A stretch of DNA of 64,000 nt. It comes from Eledone cirrhosa (taxonomy: Eukaryota). The stretch lies in NCBI GenBank assembly GCA_964016885.1, contig OZ024741.1:172980001-173044000 (forward strand), given 5' to 3'. Shown in pieces: positions 13,395 to 25,869 of this stretch. Numbering within the stretch: the first letter of the stretch is position 1; each line of letters opens with the position of its first letter. The notes below the pieces were generated by a model. The model was not told the origin of the DNA. It made no database searches and saw only the letters and a program-made list of their open reading frames with translations. The position numbers and the translations under genes are program-made.

Positions 13395-13482
13395 GTATGT
13401 ATGTATTGATGATCCTCCATATTGGAAGAGATTAAAGCTAGTGTTGAACACTGGTAAAGCACCTGGGAAATGTAATATAGTG

Positions 13483-16400
13483 ACTGATATAGTGTAACAA
13501 GGTGGTCCTAAGGTAAAAGATCTGTTGCATAACATATACCAGGTGGGGTTGAAGACTGATATAGTGTAACAAGGTGGTCCTAAAGTAAAATATCTGTTGC
13601 ATAACATATACCAGGTGGGGTTGAAGACTGATATAGTGTAACAAGGTGGTCCTAAAGTAAAATATCTGTTGCATAACATATAACAGGTGGGGTTGAAGAC
13701 TGATATAGTGTAACAAGGTGGTCCTAAAGTAAAATATCTGTTGCATAACATATACCAGGTGGGGTTGAAGACTGATATAGTGTAACAAGGTGGTCCTAAG
13801 GTAAAAGATCTGTTGCATAACATATACCAGGTGGGGTTGAAGACTGATATAGTGTAACAAGGTGGTCCTAAGGTAAAAGATCTGTTGCATAACATATACC
13901 AGGTGGGGTTGAAGACTGATATAGTGTAACAAGGTGGTCCTAAGGTAAAAGATCTGTTGCATAACATATACCAGGTGGGGTTGAAGACTGATATAGTGTA
14001 ACAAGGTGGTCCTAAGGTAAAAGATCTGTTGCATAACATATACCAGGTGGGGTTGAAGACTGATATAGTGTAACAAGGTGGTCCTAAGGTAAAAGATCTG
14101 TTGCATAACATATACCAGGTGGGGTTGAAGACTGATATAGTGTAACAAGGTGGTCCTAAGGTAAAAGATCTGTTGCATAACATATACCAGGTGGGGTTGA
14201 AGACTGATATAGTGTAACAAGGTGGTCCTAAGGTAAAAGATCTGTTGCATAACATATACCAGGTGGGGTTGAAGACTGATATAGTGTAACAAGGTGGTCC
14301 TAAAGTAAAAGATCTGTTGCATAACATATAACAGGTGGGGTTGAAGACTGATATAGTGTAACAAGGTGGTCCTAAGGTAAAAGATCTGTTGCATAACATA
14401 TACCAGGTGGGGTTGAAGACTGATATAGTGTAACAAGGTGGTCCTAAAGTAAAATATCTGTTGCATAACATATACCAGGTGGGGTTGAAGACTGATATAG
14501 TGTAACAAGGTGGTCCTAAAGTAAAATATCTGTTGCATAACATATACCAGGTGGGGTTGAAGACTGATATAGTGTAACAAGGTGGTCCTAAAGTAAAATA
14601 TCTGTTGCATAACATATACCAGGTGGGGTTGAAGACTGATATAGTGTAACAAGGTGGTCCTAAGGTAAAAGATCTGTTGCATAACATATAACAGGTGGGG
14701 TTGAAGACTGATATAGTGTAACAAGGTGGTCCTAAGGTAAAAGATCTGTTGCATAACATATAACAGGTGGGGTTGAAGACTGATATAGTGTAACAAGGTG
14801 GTCCTAAAGTAAAAGATCTGTTGCATAACATATACCAGGTGGGGTTGAAGACTGATATAGTGTAACAAGGTGGTCCTAAGGCAAAAGATCTGTTGCATAA
14901 CATATACCAGGTGGGGTTGAAGACTGATATAGTGTAACAAGGTGGTCCTAAGGTAAAAGATCTGTTGCATAACATATACCAGGTGGGGTTGAAGACTGAT
15001 ATAGTGTAACAAGGTGGTCCTAAGGTAAAAGATCTGTTGCATAACATATACCAGGTGGGGTTGAAGACTGATATAGTGTAACAAGGTGGTCCTAAGGTAA
15101 AAGATCTGTTGCATAACATATACCAGGTGGGGTTGAAGACTGATATAGTGTAACAAGGTGGTCCTAAGGTAAAAGATCTGTTGCATAACATATACCAGGT
15201 GGGGTTGAAGACTGATATAGTGTAACAAGGTGGTCCTAAAGTAAAAGATCTGTTGCATAACATATAACAGGTGGGGTTGAAGACTGATATAGTGTAACAA
15301 GGTGGTCCTAAAGTAAAAGATCTGTTGCATAACATATAACAGGTGGGGTTGAAGACTGATATAGTGTAACAAGGTGGTCCTAAGGTAAAAGATCTGTTGC
15401 ATAACATATACCAGGTGGGGTTGAAGACTGATATAGTGTAACAAGGTGGTCCTAAGGTAAAAGATCTGTTGCATAACATATAACAGGTGGGGTTGAAGAC
15501 TGATATAGTGTAACAAGGTGGTCCTAAGGTAAAAGATCTGTTGCATAACATATAACAGGTGGGGTTGAAGACTGATATAGTGTAACAAGGTGGTCCTAAG
15601 GTAAAAGATCTGTTGCATAAAATATAACAGGTGGGGTTGAAGACTGATATAGTGTAACAAGGTGGTCTTAAGGTAAAAGATCTGTTGCATAACATATAAC
15701 AGGTGGGGTTGAAGACTGATATAGTGTAACAAGGTGGTCCTAAGGTAAAAGATCTGTTGCATAACATATAACAGGTGGGGTTGAAGACTGATATAGTGTA
15801 ACAAGGTGGTCCTAAAGTAAAAGATCTGTTGCATAACATATACCAGGTGGGGTTGAAGACTGATATAGTGTAACAAGGTGGTCCTAAGGCAAAAGATCTG
15901 TTGCATAACATATACCAGGTGGGGTTGAAGACTGATATAGTGTAACAAGGTGGTCCTAAGGTAAAAGATCTGTTGCATAACATATACCAGGTGGGGTTGA
16001 AGACTGATATAGTGTAACAAGGTGGTCCTAAGGTAAAAGATCTGTTGCATAACATATACCAGGTGGGGTTGAAGACTGATATAGTGTAACAAGGTGGTCC
16101 TAAGGTAAAAGATCTGTTGCATAACATATACCAGGTGGGGTTGAAGACTGATATAGTGTAACAAGGTGGTCCTAAGGTAAAAGATCTGTTGCATAACATA
16201 TAACAGGTGGGGTTGAAGACTGATATAGTGTAACAAGGTGGTCCTAAAGTAAAAGATCTGTTGCATAACATATAACAGGTGGGGTTGAAGACTGATATAG
16301 TGTAACAAGGTGGTCCTAAGGTAAAAGATCTGTTGCATAACATATAACAGGTGGGGTTGAAGACTGATATAGTGTAACAAGGTGGTCCTAAGGTAAAAGA

Positions 16401-16578
16401 TCTATTGCATAACATATAACAGGTGGGGTTGAAGACTGATATAGTGTAACAAGGTGGTCTTAAGGTAAAAGATCTGTTGCATAACATATAACAGGTGGGG
16501 TTGAAGACTGATATAGTGTAAGAAGGTGGTCTTAAGGTAAAAGATCTGTTGCATAACATATAACAGGTGGGGTTGAAG
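13483..16578. repeat. Tandem satellite, 43 x 72 bp
   Basis: Unit actgatatagtgtaacaaggtggtcctaaggtaaaagatctgttgcataacatataccaggtggggttgaag. 3096 bp = 43 units with substitutions only. Confidence 0.97.
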
Positions 16579-17085
16579 AATGCAGTCCCACAGGACTGGA
16601 AGGATGGAATTCTCATTTCCCTCTGTAATAAGAGACCCAAGGATGTGTGACAACTACCGACGGATCTCTTAAATATCAGTTGTCGGTAAAATATTTTCCA
16701 ATATTCTTCTTAATCATCTGCTGATGCACATTGCACGTAATATTCTGCCAGAATCCCAGTGTAGTGTTTGTCCATATTGGGGCATTGCAGATATGATCTT
16801 CACTGCGTGGTAGATGTAGAAGTGCGAGGAGCAACAGCTTGATCTGTACAATTTATTTATTGATCTTATGAAGGCATTTGAACCCTAATTAAGAAAGCCA
16901 TTTGTTGTATTCACATGTCCTGAGATGTTTACGGGGCTTATGAGAGCTTGTGTTTGGGTCAGTGGTGAGCTCCTAGTACCTTTCAGTTGAGACAGGTGTA
17001 AAGCAGGGTGACACGCTGGCGCCCACTTTGTTTATTTTATTCTTTGTAATTGTTTTGTTAAAAGCATTCATCAACACCAATATTG

Positions 17086-17184
<99 letters not shown>

Positions 17185-17199
17185 TGTGTGCCAATATTG

Positions 17200-17765
17200 T
17201 GTGTGTGTGTTATCGAACAACACAGTGTGTCCTCAATGAGATTAATGCAAGTTCCACAATAAGGGTGACCACAATTTTTTAATGTTAGTGTTATGTTTGT
17301 TGCTGAAAATTTGGCGCTAGTGAATAGCTTTTTAAGCGATTTCGGTTCTCTTTTGCTTTTGATTATTTTATATTTCGAGTGCTATTTCTATTCTTGGGTC
17401 TTGTCTCAAATGTGAGATGTTCTTGTGGTATGGCTCTGTATGTCTTGGATTGTGTGTTGAGATATAGAGTAAATTATTGGATGTATCTGAAGTTGTTTTT
17501 GTTTTTCGCAATTCTTCAATGTCTATTGCTTTGGCACGTTCTATTCCGTTGTCTATTAATAATGATGGATACTGTCTTCCGGATAGAATTCCTTTTAGTT
17601 GTTGGATTCTTTTATTCCGAGTTTCATGATTTAAGACAATTGTATAGATTCGACTTGTTCTCTTTGTGATTAAAATGTCCAGGAATGCAAGTTGGTTTGG
17701 AGTATATTCCATTGTGAATTGGATATTATTTTTGATGCTGTTAATTAGGGTTCTGAATTCATTGA
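17200..17765 (-). mobile_element. Penelope-like (Neptune-type) fragment
   Basis: IQFTMEY..LAFLDILI, GRQYPSLLIDNGIERAK and LLYISTHNP. Homologous to about 24440-25185. Confidence 0.75.
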
Positions 17766-18261
17766 CAGCCTACTCGCTAAATCTGAATGCTACCGGTGTT
17801 CAAGAATTTGAAAAGAAGAAAAAGACCTAAGCTGAAGTGAAGCGAGCAACTAAATATATGAGGGATGTTTGTCCGCTCCCAGAACGGGGTTCGTAAGAGA
17901 TTCTTAACTTTGACTTGTATGCATCTCAAACGTCGGGCCACTAAGCCATAGCAGACTCCATACTAAGAGAAATAACGCATTTGAGTACCCCGTATACCTT
18001 GATTTTGCATCTGGCATCTGCAGCAAAGTGTATCACTCTGCAGGTGGGTTAACACGGCACCATAAATCATCCCAAGCCGATCAAACAGCCAACGTACCTG
18101 CATTCTGTGTGGTGTAATATGTAAGTCAGTTCCTGGTTTCATGAGCCATCTAAGGTGACATACACGATAGCAACATAAATAACACGTTTTTGCCAATGTT
18201 TGGCTTTATGTCTAAAAAATATTCGTACTTGAATACGAGTTAGCTTCCACAATGTATGTAT

Positions 18262-20990
18262 GTTCTTCTGGTTTTATAATTTCACAAAGTTTTACCAATA
18301 GAGAGAGAGTCGGTTTCTAACATAGACACAAGACTCTCTCATTGGAATTTACACAACATCAACTAGGTAGATATGTATGTATGCATGTATGTGGATGTGT
18401 ATGTTTTGAGTTGTATGTGTGCATGTGTATACGCTTTGCATCTGTACATGTGTATATGCAGTTATTAGATGCAAACGTTTTGGAATGTTTTACATATTTT
18501 TACTGTGGATTGTACTTGTAATTTCCTAACTAGTTGTGTTCTTTCTGTTCCTGTGAAGCCTAGCTTCTCAAGATTTGTATTGAGGCAGTTACTAACATAC
18601 CCCAGTGCCCCAATAACCACAGGCATAAATCTGAAGGTGTAATCAGGGTGGAGTATCTGCAGATTTCTGATCAGTTCTGCATAAATATTCTCCTTTTCAC
18701 TAATCTTTGACATTATATTGGCTTCTGATGGGCAGCTAATTTCCACTACTGTGCATGATTTCTTCTCCCTGTCCCATATCATAATATCTGGTCTGTTATG
18801 CCTGCATTCTATTGAGGTTTTTACTGGAACATTCCACCAGTACTCTTTCATATTATGTACATGGATGTCTTCCACATTGTTGTAGCTTTTAATGTGTTTA
18901 TTATCGGGGCTATCTTTTTTACGAACTGCACCGTACAGTATTTTGGCCATTACACCATGCATCATAGGTAGATAGTACCGCGATGACATCTTTGGACAGC
19001 TGCTGATGACATCGGTGATATCCTCGATGTTAGTTCTGCAGAGTCTGCACTTGTTATCACATCTAGGTGTTTTGCCTGCATCCCTATCTCTTTTGTGAAT
19101 CAGGTATTTCGTGTTAATCTCCTGTTCTTGGATTGCAAAAGCGTATCCTTCAAAGTGGGAGCCAATATAGTGGTTGTTGGTCCAAGACAGACTACTTTCC
19201 GTATCTATATTACTCTCACTCTGGAGCTTCCTGGCAACATATCTATGCATGATTGTTTGCTGATAAGCATGCAGTTTTTCATCCATGTATTCACTGCGAT
19301 ACTGCTGAGCGACATCCCTGGATGTGAGTTTTTGATTATCACACAGGGAATATCTCTCGAGGAGTTCCTTCCCAACTCTCATGATCTTATCTATTTCATG
19401 CAGATAGACTTGCTCGAGAAACGGGCTCCTATGCTTCGAGGTTCGTAGCTGTTGTCGGAGAGATATGATGCGATATTCAAATGTGGTCTAGACTGATGTT
19501 AGGCCTCAGCCTCCCTGCTTACGTTTCAAGTAAAGACGGTCTATGTCACTGTTGATGTGGAGGTTTCCGGTGTTGTTTAGTATTTTTTGAGTTCCAACAT
19601 CAACTGCTCGGATTTCGTCTATCGTCCAATTGAGTATTCCAAACGTTAGTGTTAGGACAGGCACAGCAAACACATTGTGAGCCACTGTTTTGTTTTGCGC
19701 AGAGAGTTCCAATGACCAGATCTTTCTTAATCCGGTGTAGTATTGCCTGGTTACGCGTTCTTTATTACAGATACCATTATAGGATATGTTCTCATCTACA
19801 GGTATCTGTAGCAGTCCTCATCAGATATCGGTGAAACAGTTAGGCCATTGATGACAATGTTGCTAGATTGGGTTGTTGTTTTTCCCCGCTTTACAGTCAT
19901 GTATGGCATTTATCTTGGCCAAACTCCATTCCTATATCCTTTGAGAACGTTGTAACCAGATCAACATTTTTCTTCATCCCATCCATATTCTTGGCATAGA
20001 GTTTCAGATCGTCCACAAAGAAATTATCGGTTAGGTTCGTATTTCTGTCCTCCTATGAGCCAATGATGTATCCCTCACATTTCTTGAGCAGAAGGGACAA
20101 GGGGTTTAATGACAAGATGAATAATATCACAGAGAGACTGTCCCCTTGAAATATACCTCTGCAATATTTTATTTTATCAGTGACTCCTCTCTCTCTGTCT
20201 TTAACCTTAGGATAGTAGCCCAAGAAGAAGACAACCTCTCTATGGCTCTGACAATAATGTTTGGGCCTTTAGCAAGTTGGAGGGCCTCTATCATCCAAGA
20301 GTGGGGAACAGAATCAAAAGCTTTCCTGTAGTCCTGCCAGACTGTAGCCATATTCCTCCTAAGTTGTCGCACCTCCGACATCGCAGTTTTGTTGATTAGG
20401 AGTTGTTCAGCACATCCCCAAACCCCTTTCTTTCCAGCTGCTTGTTCATCTGTGATGATGTTATTATTTTCACAGTGATCTTGGAGGAATAGGTTCAGGC
20501 AGGCTGTATACATCCTATACATCAGGTTCTGGCATGCAATGGGTCGGTAGTTTTTTGCCAAGTGGGTGTCTTTGTTCTTGGGGACTAGTAATGTTTGTGC
20601 TAATGTCAACCATTCTGGTATAAGTGTATCTCCCTTAAGAACTTGTTGGTAGAGGTCAGTAAGATACCTCCGATAGAATATCAGTTTTTTGTACCAGTAG
20701 CCGACAATCATGTCTCTTCCTGGTGTTTTCTTATCTTGGAGTTTTCCTATCATAGTCTCAAGGGTACCCTCACTTATTTCGTATGTTTTTGTTGTAGTGT
20801 AGGAGCAATAGTTCTTTCGGATTTCTCTTAGCCACACTGCATCTTGGATGAAATTCTTCTTTTTCTCCATATTTTGCTCCAAAAGGAATCAATGTCTTTC
20901 AGGGATGGGGCCTCAGTGACACTTATTATTTTGCCCTTCATATCTCTATAGACTAATGTTTAGTTTCGTCTGAATCTTTTATTAAGCACT
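18262..20990 (-). mobile_element. R4/Dong LINE D1, 5'-truncated (RT + CCHC + RLE, disrupted)
   Basis: ORFs 20169-20882 (NYRPIAC..DYRKAFDSVPH) and 18465-19382 (AIQEQEI..CRLC..RPD). FVDD near 20010. (TATG)n on both sides. Confidence 0.92.
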
Positions 20991-21008
20991 TGTATGTATG
21001 TATGTATG

Positions 21009-21443
21009 TTTCTCATTCTCTTAATTTCGAGTACATTTTTGACCGGCCACCTTCCTGGTAGTAAGGGTGTAAAAGAAAAGAAATTGTCATACCTTGAATC
21101 GCAAGAATGTTTTGCAAAGTTTTAAGGTGCCAGATATCGCGGCCATTTATAGTCCATGAATTAGGGAGCTGCGCTCTTTGTCCTCAAATCCAAGTTCAGA
21201 GTTCAGTTATACTTCGGTCCAAGCGGGTTAGTATATAGCCTGTAGCTCCAATAATGATGGGTATGAAGCTAAAAGTGTATCTTGGAAACTGGATCTGCAA
21301 ATTCCTCATCAATGGCCCTAGATATCCTCCTTCTCTTGTATTTTTCTTACAACGTTGACATCAAGTGGGCAGCTGATCTCTACAACAGAGCACGTTTTCA
21401 ATGTGTGGTCGTTTGTGTAGCAGATATTTGGTAGGGTTTTCTT
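21009..21443 (-). mobile_element. Dong D2, 5'-truncated and internally deleted
   Basis: Reverse complement of the D2 3' end. The 5'-most ~33 bp match D2 at about 35697-35730, then jump to about 36013. Confidence 0.8.
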
Positions 21444-22001
21444 GTATGTATGTATGTATGTATGTAGGTAGGTAGGTATGTAGGTATGTATGTATTATTG
21501 TATGTATATGAATGAATATATTTTTTTGTGGAGCGAGAGTGAAGTATTGTTGGAGATGTGGATGAGGGTAATGGTGGGTGTTGATAGTGGTGGTCGTCGT
21601 TTTGGAAGTGATGTGAGAAATGGTAGCAGTGGTCTTGATAATAATTGCGGTAGTCATGGTGATTTTGGGGCGCAGTAGTAGTGATGATGGGAGTAATGGT
21701 GGTTGATTTGATGATAATGGTAGTTGTAGCTGCCTAGTGATGTTGGTAATGTTAATGGTTACGAAGTTGGCGGTGTTGATGTTGATGGAGATAGAGAGAG
21801 TGTTTATGATGATGGTGGTGGTGGTGGTCGGGGGGGGGGTGATGGTGGTTGCGGTGGTGGCGGTGGTTATGCTAGAGGTGTAAGCGGCTCGGGCGATTGT
21901 TACAGAGAATAATATCAGTGAAACAATGACACCTCAAGGGGCCGACTGTCATATCCAGACGAGAGAGTATTATGCATGTAGGTGGATAAATATATATATA
22001 T

Positions 22002-22111
<110 letters not shown>

Positions 22112-22321
22112 GGTTGTACGTAGGTATGTGTATATGTATGTGTACGTATGTATAATTATGTATATGAATGTATGTACGTGTGTGCGTATGTATGTGTATG
22201 TATGTAGGTAGGTATATATATGTGTGTGTAGCTGTGTGCATATGAGTATATATATCCATATATACGCATATACATATATACAGACACACACACACACACA
22301 CACACATATACATATATATAT

Positions 22322-22393
<72 letters not shown>

Positions 22394-22424
22394 CTGCTGT
22401 TACTAACATAACTAACATATATGT

Positions 22425-22950
22425 ACATATATGTATGTACGTATACATACCTACATTTAAGTATCAGTCGTACTAAAAGTGAGAAATGAAATTTCTTTTC
22501 ATTCTTTTCCATTTATCGTTTTCGGTGTGCCCGGCCGACTAACTCACTCGATATGCAAATTAGGCTGCTCAGCCGTTAATATGTATAAGGAAAGTATATA
22601 CTTTCAGACGTTCAATCATCTGACAGGAAGGTATACGATGCTGACGATAGCTAATAAGCTTGAAACTAGTACATCGTTCCTGTGTCAGTGTTGAACAAAA
22701 AGGCGCCGATGGTTGCCTGAACACTGTACGGCGTTATTCGGGCTGTTTGTTTACAAACAAACCGAACATTATAATAAATGTTCGGTAAACCCTTACGTAC
22801 ATATATATATGTGTGCATGTATGTATATATATATACATACTACTGTGCGTCTGTATACATATATGTATGTACGTATACATACATACTTACATTTAAGTAT
22901 CAGCCGTCCGAAGAGTGAGAAATGAAATTTCGTTTCATTCTTTTCCATTT
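22425..22950 (+). mobile_element. Retrozyme-like unit (436-bp period, about 90-bp terminal redundancy) carrying a hammerhead
   Basis: tacatttaagtatcag..gtgagaaatgaaatt..cattcttttccatttat recurs at 22452 and 22888. Ends in (TA)n. No credible ORF. Confidence 0.65.
22635..22677 (+). ncRNA. Minimal type I hammerhead ribozyme
   Basis: acgatg-CTGACGA-t-agct-aata-agct-t-GAAA-ctag-TA-catcgt: 6-bp stem I, intact core, palindromic stem III. Confidence 0.85.
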
Positions 22951-23224
22951 ATATATATATATATATATATATATACTGGAATTTCGTATTTCGAAAGATA
23001 TACGCTATGTATGTAAATGAACATTTAGAAAGTCGTAGCTATGCCAAAACACAGACGGCTATTGCCACCTGGCGGCGTCCAGCAGAAGCAAGGGGGCCAA
23101 TCGTCGATGCATTTCGAACTGAACTGGTTCTAATCAGGACGATCCCTCCCGCTTTTGCAACTGCTGGACTTGAAAACAGATCTGTATACAGCTTTGCCCG
23201 AAGCTAAATTCTAATTCTATTCTA

Positions 23225-24060
23225 GAGTTGTGGCCCTTTACGTTCTGAGTTCAAATCCCGCCGAGGTTAACTTTGCTTTTCATCCTTAGGGGTCGATAAA
23301 ACAAAGTACCAGTCAATTACTGGGGTCGATTTAATCGACTTTCCCCTCCCCCAAAATTGCTGGCCTTGCGCCTATATAAGAAACCATTATTATGTTATCA
23401 CATGACCCTCTGTACCCGAACAGAGAAGGGAATAAAATCACTATTGCTACACCCCTTTCCCCCTACACACACACACAGACCACGCAAGAATAGATAAAAG
23501 AGAATATATTAATTCAAAGTAAAGAAAATATATTTGTGTACCCGGCTACTTACTGAATCATTACAATCCAACCAACACACGCACACACGCACACGAACAT
23601 ACACGAACACACACACACACACACACACACACGCACGCGTACACAGTCATGTGCAATTCTTGTTTATTTTGCTGATTGGTTCCTCATTATTGAGGTTTAC
23701 ATTGCCTTTCATCCTTACCGGGTCGACGAAGTAAAGTACCAGTAATACACTGCGATAATTACTGGCCTTGTGCCAAAAGTAGAAACAATTATTATTGAAG
23801 GTAATAATCATTTTATCGACCCCGTAAGGATGAAAGGCAAAGTTAACCTCAGCGGGATTTGAACTCAGATCATAAAGGGCCGTAACTCTAAGCATGGTGT
23901 CCGACCCTCTACCGATACTGCCAATCCACCGCCATTATGTGATTGAGTTCAAATCCCGCCAAGGTTAACTTTGCCTTTCATCCTTACGGGGTCGATAAAA
24001 TAAAGTACCAGTAATACACTGGGTAATTGCTGGCCTTGTGCCAAAAGTAGAAACAATTAT
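23225..24060. mobile_element. Cluster of four tRNA/Nin-like SINE copies or fragments (about 23225-23390 +, 23690-23790 +, 23810-23935 -, 23944-24060 +)
   Basis: Same B-box and gtcgataaaataaagtaccagt body as the other copies. Confidence 0.7.
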
Positions 24061-24179
24061 GTGATAACATAATAATAAAATCAAAAACAGTAACATAATG
24101 ATGCTAATAATTCTATTAGTAAGGAGAGAAATGTTAAGTGCGGGTGGGGGGGGGGGCATGTGGTTAGAGTTTATTGAGT

Positions 24180-25430
24180 CGTGGTTTGTATTTTTGAATA
24201 AATGTATTTTCTTTATTCATTCGTGCTTGATCTGTACCAACATCTGGACAACGGTATAGTGAACAGACCTGGGATTTGAGGGTTTGTCCCTTCTACACAA
24301 ATCTAAATGCTCACTAAAAGGTATCTGTCTTGTGGCGAGGAATCGCGATTGTTGGCGGTGAATTGTTATTCTCATTCTGGAGCCGAGTTTGGTTTGCCCC
24401 ATATAGTCTTCGTTATGTTTGTGCTGATTTATAATTGTGTAGTGTGTCTTCAATGAGGTTAATGCAAGTTCCACAATAAGGGCGACCACAATTTTTTTAT
24501 GTTAGTAAAGTTTGTTGTGGAAAATTTGGCGCTAGTGAATAGCTTTTTAAGAGATTTCGGTTGTCTTTTACTTTTGCTTATTTTATGTTTCGAGTGTTAT
24601 TTTCATTCTTGGGTCTTGTCTCAATAGTGGGATGTTCTTGTGGTATGGCTCTGTATGTCTTGGATTGTGTGTTGAGATATAGAGTAAAGTATTGGATGTA
24701 TCTGAAGTTGTTTTTGTTTTTCGTAAATCTTCAATGTCTATTGCTTTAGCACGTTCTATTCCGTTGTCTATTAATAATTGTTTCTACTTTTGGCACAAGG
24801 CCAGCAATTACCCAGTACATTACTGGTACTTTATTTTATCGACCCCATAAGGATGAAAGGCAACGTTGACCTCGGCGGGATTTGAACTCAGAATGGAAGG
24901 TGCCGTAATTCTATGCGTCAAAGCATGACGTCCGACCCTCTACCGATACTGCCAATCCACCAAAGATGGATACTGTCTTCCGGGTAGAATTCCTTTTAGT
25001 TGTTGGATTCTTTTATTCCGAGTTAAGATTCTATACAATTATCTTTTATTAAGACAATTGTATAGATTGGACTTGTTCTCTTTGTGATTAAAATGTCCAG
25101 GAATGCATGTTGGTTTGGAGTATATTCCATTGTGAATTGGATATTATTATTGATGCTGTTAATTAGGGTTTTGAATTCATTGAGTTGGTTGAGTGTGTGC
25201 GTCCATAGAATAGGGCAGTCATACAAGTAGGGTTTCCAGTTGTCTAGAAAATATTTGTGGAAATTCAAGTCATATTTTAATCTGGATTGTTCATATATCT
25301 GGACTTCCAGGTATACCGTGACTAAATTTGGGTACGTCAGAGCAACTTTTGTACCCATCGCACTACAGGATATTTCTTTAAAATCATTGCCATTGAAATA
25401 AAAAGAATGTTTGTAGAATAAATTTTAATC
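24180..25430 (-). mobile_element. Penelope-like (Neptune-type) decayed element, RT to GIY-YIG
   Basis: AMGTKVALTYPNL..WKPYLYD (degenerate YxDD), YMGQT..RMRITIHRQQ..FSEHLDLC. Contains a SINE at 24779-24961. Confidence 0.78.
24779..24961 (-). mobile_element. tRNA/Nin-like SINE nested in the PLE
   Basis: Absent from the paralogous site ctattaataat|gatggatac at about 17563. Confidence 0.85.
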
Positions 25431-25746
25431 CCTCGGTGGTGAAACTTTTTTCTATTTTTTCCGGGATTGAATTAGGGAATATTTCGAGGAAGAAATCACG
25501 CCTAACAAAAATATTTATTGGCAAGGAAAATAAAGATAAGTTAATTGTACTGAATAAAACCAATAAATTAGATGCGAGGTACAAGTCAGCATAGCTATGC
25601 ATTCCTCCACACCCCTTGTAAAACTTGTGAAACCGGCAGAGTCATAAATTATTGTAAATAAACCTACTTTAAGACTCCAATTGTATTTTCAACTCCTTTT
25701 TCCTGTTTTTACCCGAGTGGGAAATATAAAAAAACATTACTTTTGA

Positions 25747-25844
<98 letters not shown>

Positions 25845-25869
25845 ATATTAGAAGATAGGAAACGAAAAC

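Larger units (their letters stand above)
13407..18252 (+). mobile_element. Decayed RTE LINE, interrupted by a 72-bp satellite and a PLE fragment
   Basis: LNTGKAPG before the array. AVPQDWKDGILISL..CDNYR, LPESQC and VETGVKQGDTLAPTLF after it. Zinc-finger 3' end at about 17765-18250, ending gtacttgaatacgagttagcttccaca(atgt), similar to family A. Confidence 0.75.

Noticed and set aside
13483-16578. CRISPR-like regular array
   Set aside because: No unique spacers, no cas genes, and the context is eukaryotic.
13353-16640. 1095-aa and 980-aa repeat ORFs on the minus strand
   Set aside because: They are a by-product of a stop-free 72-bp unit. The meaningful frame is the plus-strand RTE RT frame.
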